Below are positions 60,568 through 64,000 of a DNA stretch of 64,000 bases, piece after piece. Position numbers and translations under genes: made by a program. The notes under the pieces were generated by a model. It was not told where the DNA came from, did no database searches, and saw only the letters and a list, made by a program, of their open reading frames with translations. The DNA comes from an uncultured Rickettsiales bacterium (GTDB taxonomy: Bacteria; Pseudomonadota; Alphaproteobacteria; Rickettsiales; RGZB01), in contig CAYXPR010000001.1 of assembly GCA_964467255.1 (NCBI GenBank), positions 173,163 through 237,162 on the forward strand. The letters run 5' to 3'. How positions within the stretch are numbered: position 1 is the stretch's first letter; every line of letters begins with the position of its first letter.

Positions 60568-61297
60568 CGGCCTTTTTACGTACAGTTCCCTTCAGGTTCG
60601 GGAATTCACGGCTCAGCTTGTCGAGCGTGGTGCAGGCTTCTGCTTTTTTGTTCATTTTTTCCAGAGCGAGCGCCAGTTTGAGTAGGCTGTCAGCAGCTTT
60701 GTTACCCTTCGGGAAATTCTGGAAACCGCGGGCATATTGCAGCGAGGCTTTCTCAAAATTATCCTGCACATAGTAAGCTTCGCCCACCCAGAAATACACG
60801 TTCCCGCTGAGTTCGTGTTCAGGGTATTTCTGCAGGAACGCGTTGAAGGCGTTAATCGCATCATCGTATTTATTCTGGCGGAGCAGGGCGAAGGCATCGT
60901 CATATTCCTGCTGCGGCGTGCCGGATTTCGCTGGCTCCTTGCCCGTGGCCTTTACTGTGCCGATGGTGCGCGTGCCATCACCCGCTACGGCAGCCGCAGG
61001 TTTTGTGGTTGTGGTGGCTGGCGCCACGGGCTCAGCGGCGACGGAAGGAATTTCCGGCTTGGTGGCGAGTTCAGTAAAACGCAGCTCGGTATCTTTTTGC
61101 AGGTTTTCAATCTGGCTTTTCAGCTGGTCGTTCTGGTGCTCGAGCTCCTCAATTTTTCCGGTGGCAGCGCGCAGCGCTTCCTCAAGGTCAGAAAGGCGGT
61201 TTTCAAATTGCGCGGAGGCAGGCAGTTGCTGGGCTGCGGCAGAGAGTGGCGTTAGCAGCGTAAAACCAAGAACGAGGCAACGGAGGGAGGAACGCAT
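60536..61297 (-). CDS. cpoB: Tol-Pal system protein CpoB (YbgF)
   Basis: Signal peptide, an N-terminal coiled coil (LSDLEEALRAATGKIEELEHQNDQLKSQIENLQKD), and C-terminal TPR repeats (YDDAFALLRQNKYDDAINAFNAFLQKYPEHELSGNVYFWVGEAYY). Immediately downstream of pal. Confidence 0.88.
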   Translation of the reverse strand: MRSSLRCLVLGFTLLTPLSAAAQQLPASAQFENRLSDLEEALRAATGKIEELEHQNDQLKSQIENLQKDTELRFTELATKPEIPSVAAEPVAPATTTTKPAAAVAGDGTRTIGTVKATGKEPAKSGTPQQEYDDAFALLRQNKYDDAINAFNAFLQKYPEHELSGNVYFWVGEAYYVQDNFEKASLQYARGFQNFPKGNKAADSLLKLALALEKMNKKAEACTTLDKLSREFPNLKGTVRKKADESRKSLKCS

Positions 61298-61342
61298 GGC
61301 ATCATCTCTTTTATAAGTAAGTCATCTGATTCTAAGGGCAAC

Positions 61343-61382
61343 AAAAAACCCTGCCGGGATTATAGGCCGCAGCAGGGTTTTG
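61343..61382 (-). terminator. Weak hairpin with a T-run between pal and cpoB (possible attenuator/terminator)
   Basis: The minus strand reads AAACCCTGC-(17 nt)-GCAGGGTTTTTTG: a 6-bp GC stem extended by A:T pairs, with a large loop. Confidence 0.4.
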
Positions 61383-61406
61383 TTAAGCAGTTTTTTAAGA
61401 ACCGGC

Positions 61407-61916
61407 TTAGTTTGCAACCACCGTCACAGCGCGACGGTTTTTGCTCCAGGCCACTTCACTGGATTCAGGATCCACTGGGTGTTCTTTGCCATAGCTGATG
61501 ATGGAGATACGGGAACCATCAATACCAAGGCTTACGAGATAGTTTTTCGCAGCAGCAGCGCGGCGCTCGCCAAGGGCAAGGTTGTATTCGCGCGTACCAC
61601 GTTCATCACAGTGACCTTCGAGGATTACTTTCAGGTCTGGATTCATTTTCATCCATTCGCTCTGGCGCTGCATGGTGCGCTGTGCGTTTTCGCTCAGCTC
61701 GGAGCTGTCGAAACCGAAGAAAATACGGTCACCCACGTGGGAGACGAGGTCTTCCTGCGTGCCTGCTACATATTCTGGCAGGGCGGATTCATACACGCTG
61801 TCAGGAGAGCCTTCAGCATTCGCTGGGCGCTGTACGCCACGCTTGTCAGCGTCCGTGCTGGTGCACGCGGCAGTCAGTAACAGGACGGAAGCAAGCAGAA
61901 CAAATTTCTTAAACAT
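61407..61916 (-). CDS. pal: Peptidoglycan-associated lipoprotein Pal
   Basis: ATG at 61916 with SD GGAG. The lipobox is in [18 protein letters not shown]. OmpA-like domain: [23 protein letters not shown]. The track ORF extends to 61976. Confidence 0.93.
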   Translation of the reverse strand: MFKKFVLLASVLLLTAACTSTDADKRGVQRPANAEGSPDSVYESALPEYVAGTQEDLVSHVGDRIFFGFDSSELSENAQRTMQRQSEWMKMNPDLKVILEGHCDERGTREYNLALGERRAAAAKNYLVSLGIDGSRISIISYGKEHPVDPESSEVAWSKNRRAVTVVAN

Positions 61917-62074
61917 CGGGGGTAGTCTCCTTCTTAAACATCTCTCGCAAAGAGTTTTATAGCGTAAAATATCCACAAATACCGGCGTTTTGCAATATGC
62001 CTTGCTCGGTAACCTGTTCTTTGTGCCAGCAAATTAATGAATTTGCAAAGGAAATGTATGAAATATGTACAAAC

Positions 62075-62107
62075 AAAAAACCCACCGTTTCAAACGGTGG
62101 GTTTTTT
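62075..62107 (-). terminator. Rho-independent terminator after rplQ (symmetrical, potentially bidirectional)
   Basis: AAAAAACCCACCGTT-tca-AACGGTGGGTTTTTT: a 9-bp stem with A- and T-runs on either side, 26 nt downstream of the rplQ stop. Confidence 0.85.
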
Positions 62108-62132
62108 GCAACAGGTGCGTTTTTAAAAACGC

Positions 62133-62588
62133 TTATGCTTTGAGCTGACCCTGCATGGCGGCCATTTCCTGTGCTTCTTTAACAGCACGTTCAGCGGCGG
62201 CGGCACGGTCTTTTTTGCCTTTGGCTTTTGCATCGCGCTCAACCAGCTCAATGACGGCCATCGGAGCGGTATCGCCCGTGCGGAAACCGGCTTTCAGTAC
62301 GCGGGCATAGCCACCATTGCGGGCTTTGTAACGCGTTGCCAGTTCAGAAAACAGCTTCTTGGTGATTTCTTCCGAACGCACCACAGCCAGTACGCGGCGG
62401 CGGGACTGAAGGTCGCCCTTCTTGCCGAGCGTGATAAGCTTTTCCACGAATGGACGGAGCTCTTTCGCCTTTGGCAGCGTGGTTTTAATCTGCTCATGTT
62501 CCAGCAAAGAAGCAGCAAGGCCATTCAGCAGAGCCGTGCGCTGTTCCGTGGTACGATTGAACTTTCTTCCTTTAACTGCGTGACGCAT
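62133..62588 (-). CDS. rplQ: 50S ribosomal protein L17
   Basis: [25 protein letters not shown] start. 151 aa. Confidence 0.95.
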   Translation of the reverse strand: MRHAVKGRKFNRTTEQRTALLNGLAASLLEHEQIKTTLPKAKELRPFVEKLITLGKKGDLQSRRRVLAVVRSEEITKKLFSELATRYKARNGGYARVLKAGFRTGDTAPMAVIELVERDAKAKGKKDRAAAAERAVKEAQEMAAMQGQLKA

Positions 62589-62624
62589 AGTCCGTCCCCA
62601 TCTATTCTTGGGTTAATTAAAATT

Positions 62625-63638
62625 TTAGTATGGATCTTCAAATTTTTTAGCCAGCTCTTCAATGTTTTCTGGTGGCCAGCTGTCGATTTCCATGCCGAAG
62701 CGCAGACCCATCGATGCCAGCACTTCTTTGATTTCATTCAAAGACTTACGGCCGAAGTTCGGCGTTTTCAGCATTTCGCCTTCCGTTTTGCGCACTAAAT
62801 CGCCGATGTAAACGATGTTGTCGTTCTTCAGGCAGTTTGCAGAGCGTACGGAAAGTTCCAGCTCGTCCACCTTTTTGAGGAGGTATGGGCTGAACGGCAG
62901 GTCGGCTTCTTTCTTTTCTGGTGCTTCTTCCACTTCGTCGAAGTTGATGAAGACCTGAAGCTGGTCCTGCAGAATTTTTGCGGCATAGGCCACGGCGTTT
63001 TCCGGCGTGACGGTACCATCGGTTTCAAGCGTCAGCACCAGTTTGTCAAAGTCAGTCACCTGACCCACGCGGGCATCTTCCACTTTGTAGCTTACTTGGC
63101 GTACTGGGCTGAACAGCGCATCGACCGGAATCACGCCAATGGCGCTTTCAGGGTTGCGGTTCTGCGAAGCAGGCACATAGCCTTTGCCCGGTTCCACCAC
63201 CATTTCGCAGGTGAAGGAAGCGTCTTTATCCAGCGTGCAGATTTTTGCATCTTTGTTGACGATTTCAATGTCAGAGCTCGCCTGAATGGAGCCTGCCGTT
63301 ACAACGCAGGGGCCTTCGGCTTTAATCGTGACTTTGCGCTTATCAGAAGCGTGGGACTTAATCGCCAGCGTTTTGATGTTGAGGATGATATCAGTCACAT
63401 CTTCCATAACACCTGGTAGAGAAGAGAACTCGTGCAGCACGCCATCAATCTTTACAGACGTTACAGCAGCGCCCTGAAGGGAAGACAGCAGTACGCGACG
63501 CAGGGCGTTACCCAGCGTGATACCAAAACCGCGTTCCAGCGGCTCAATCGTGATAACGGCTTTGTTTTCGGCCTTCTTGGTGTTTACGTCAACCTTGGAA
63601 GGTTTAATCAGCTCAGACCAGTTACGAGAGATATTCAC
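62625..63638 (-). CDS. rpoA: DNA-directed RNA polymerase alpha subunit
   Basis: 337 aa. N-terminal domain [29 protein letters not shown]; C-terminal domain [23 protein letters not shown]. Confidence 0.96.
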   Translation of the reverse strand: MNISRNWSELIKPSKVDVNTKKAENKAVITIEPLERGFGITLGNALRRVLLSSLQGAAVTSVKIDGVLHEFSSLPGVMEDVTDIILNIKTLAIKSHASDKRKVTIKAEGPCVVTAGSIQASSDIEIVNKDAKICTLDKDASFTCEMVVEPGKGYVPASQNRNPESAIGVIPVDALFSPVRQVSYKVEDARVGQVTDFDKLVLTLETDGTVTPENAVAYAAKILQDQLQVFINFDEVEEAPEKKEADLPFSPYLLKKVDELELSVRSANCLKNDNIVYIGDLVRKTEGEMLKTPNFGRKSLNEIKEVLASMGLRFGMEIDSWPPENIEELAKKFEDPY

Positions 63639-63704
63639 GCGAGGACCCCATTTATCAAAAAAGTTAATCAGACCAAATCAAATTGAAGTACGTGTCAAAC
63701 TTCC

Positions 63705-64000
63705 TTACACGCGGCGGCGCTTCGGAGGGCGGCAGCCATTGTGTGGAATCGGGGTCACGTCTTTAATCGACGTAATCACAAAACCAACAGCGGAAAGCGC
63801 ACGCAGGGCGGACTCACGACCGGCGCCTGGGCCTTTCACTTCGACTTCAAGCGTTTTCACGCCATGTTCCTGAGCGGCACGACCAGCGATTTCAGCTGCA
63901 ACCTGTGCGGCGTATGGCGTGGATTTACGTGAGCCTTTGAAACCCTGCATACCGGAAGAAGACCATGAAATGGTGTTTCCCTGCAGGTCGGAAATCGTGA
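63705..64000 (-). CDS. rpsK: 30S ribosomal protein S11 (N-terminus beyond the right window edge)
   Basis: The frame stays open to the window end. The translation ...[36 protein letters not shown]...[10 protein letters not shown] is typical S11. The track lists only the part from the internal Met. Confidence 0.93.
   Translation of the reverse strand, partial: TISDLQGNTISWSSSGMQGFKGSRKSTPYAAQVAAEIAGRAAQEHGVKTLEVEVKGPGAGRESALRALSAVGFVITSIKDVTPIPHNGCRPPKRRRV

Overview
This is a core-chromosome window, most likely from an alphaproteobacterium. That placement is inferred from a Usg-like protein, a HIG1-like twin-TM protein, an FtsZ with a long C-terminal linker, the pal-cpoB-tilS-ftsH order and a TTAA-N7-TTAA box. 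I cannot name a species. Coding density is very high, and nearly every long ORF is a recognisable housekeeping gene.

Gene content, left to right:
- Minus strand: skp (partial), bamA, rseP, dxr, cdsA, uppS, frr, pyrH, tsf, rpsB.
- A HIG1-like gene and etfBA, a J-domain/TerB protein, and an AmpD-like amidase.
- An RNase P RNA gene (rnpB, minus strand, 13424..13791), which an ORF track cannot show, followed by a DUF1189 membrane protein.
- A complete dcw cell-wall/division cluster, mraZ to ftsZ (15016..34596).
- lpxC-bamD-recN-ligA, an M24 aminopeptidase, rplU-rpmA-obg.
- Minus strand: ygfZ, a GT4 glycosyltransferase, usg, an esterase, a membrane protein, xerD, a secreted 409-aa protein and a 49-aa TM ORF.
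- aroK-aroB, a CNNM/CBS protein, rnhA, a patatin-like lipase.
- Minus strand: rpmE, thiD, glmM, ftsH, tilS, cpoB, pal, rplQ, rpoA, rpsK (partial).

I found no mobile elements, CRISPR arrays, tRNA/rRNA genes or recognisable defence genes.

Observations most worth a second look:
1. Two paralogous opposite-strand small ORFs of unknown family sit between ftsA and ftsZ.
2. A roughly 254-bp tandem duplication across the rsmH/ftsL junction creates a chimeric 84-aa ORF.
3. Four CCCAT (ATGGG) pentamers phased at 10 bp lie upstream of mraZ and may be a MraZ operator.
4. A structured palindromic intergenic repeat occurs in at least two copies, with a compensatory base change between them.
5. Candidate control sites lie upstream of ftsZ and lpxC.

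All calls come from reading the sequence and the ORF translations by eye. No searches or computations were run.
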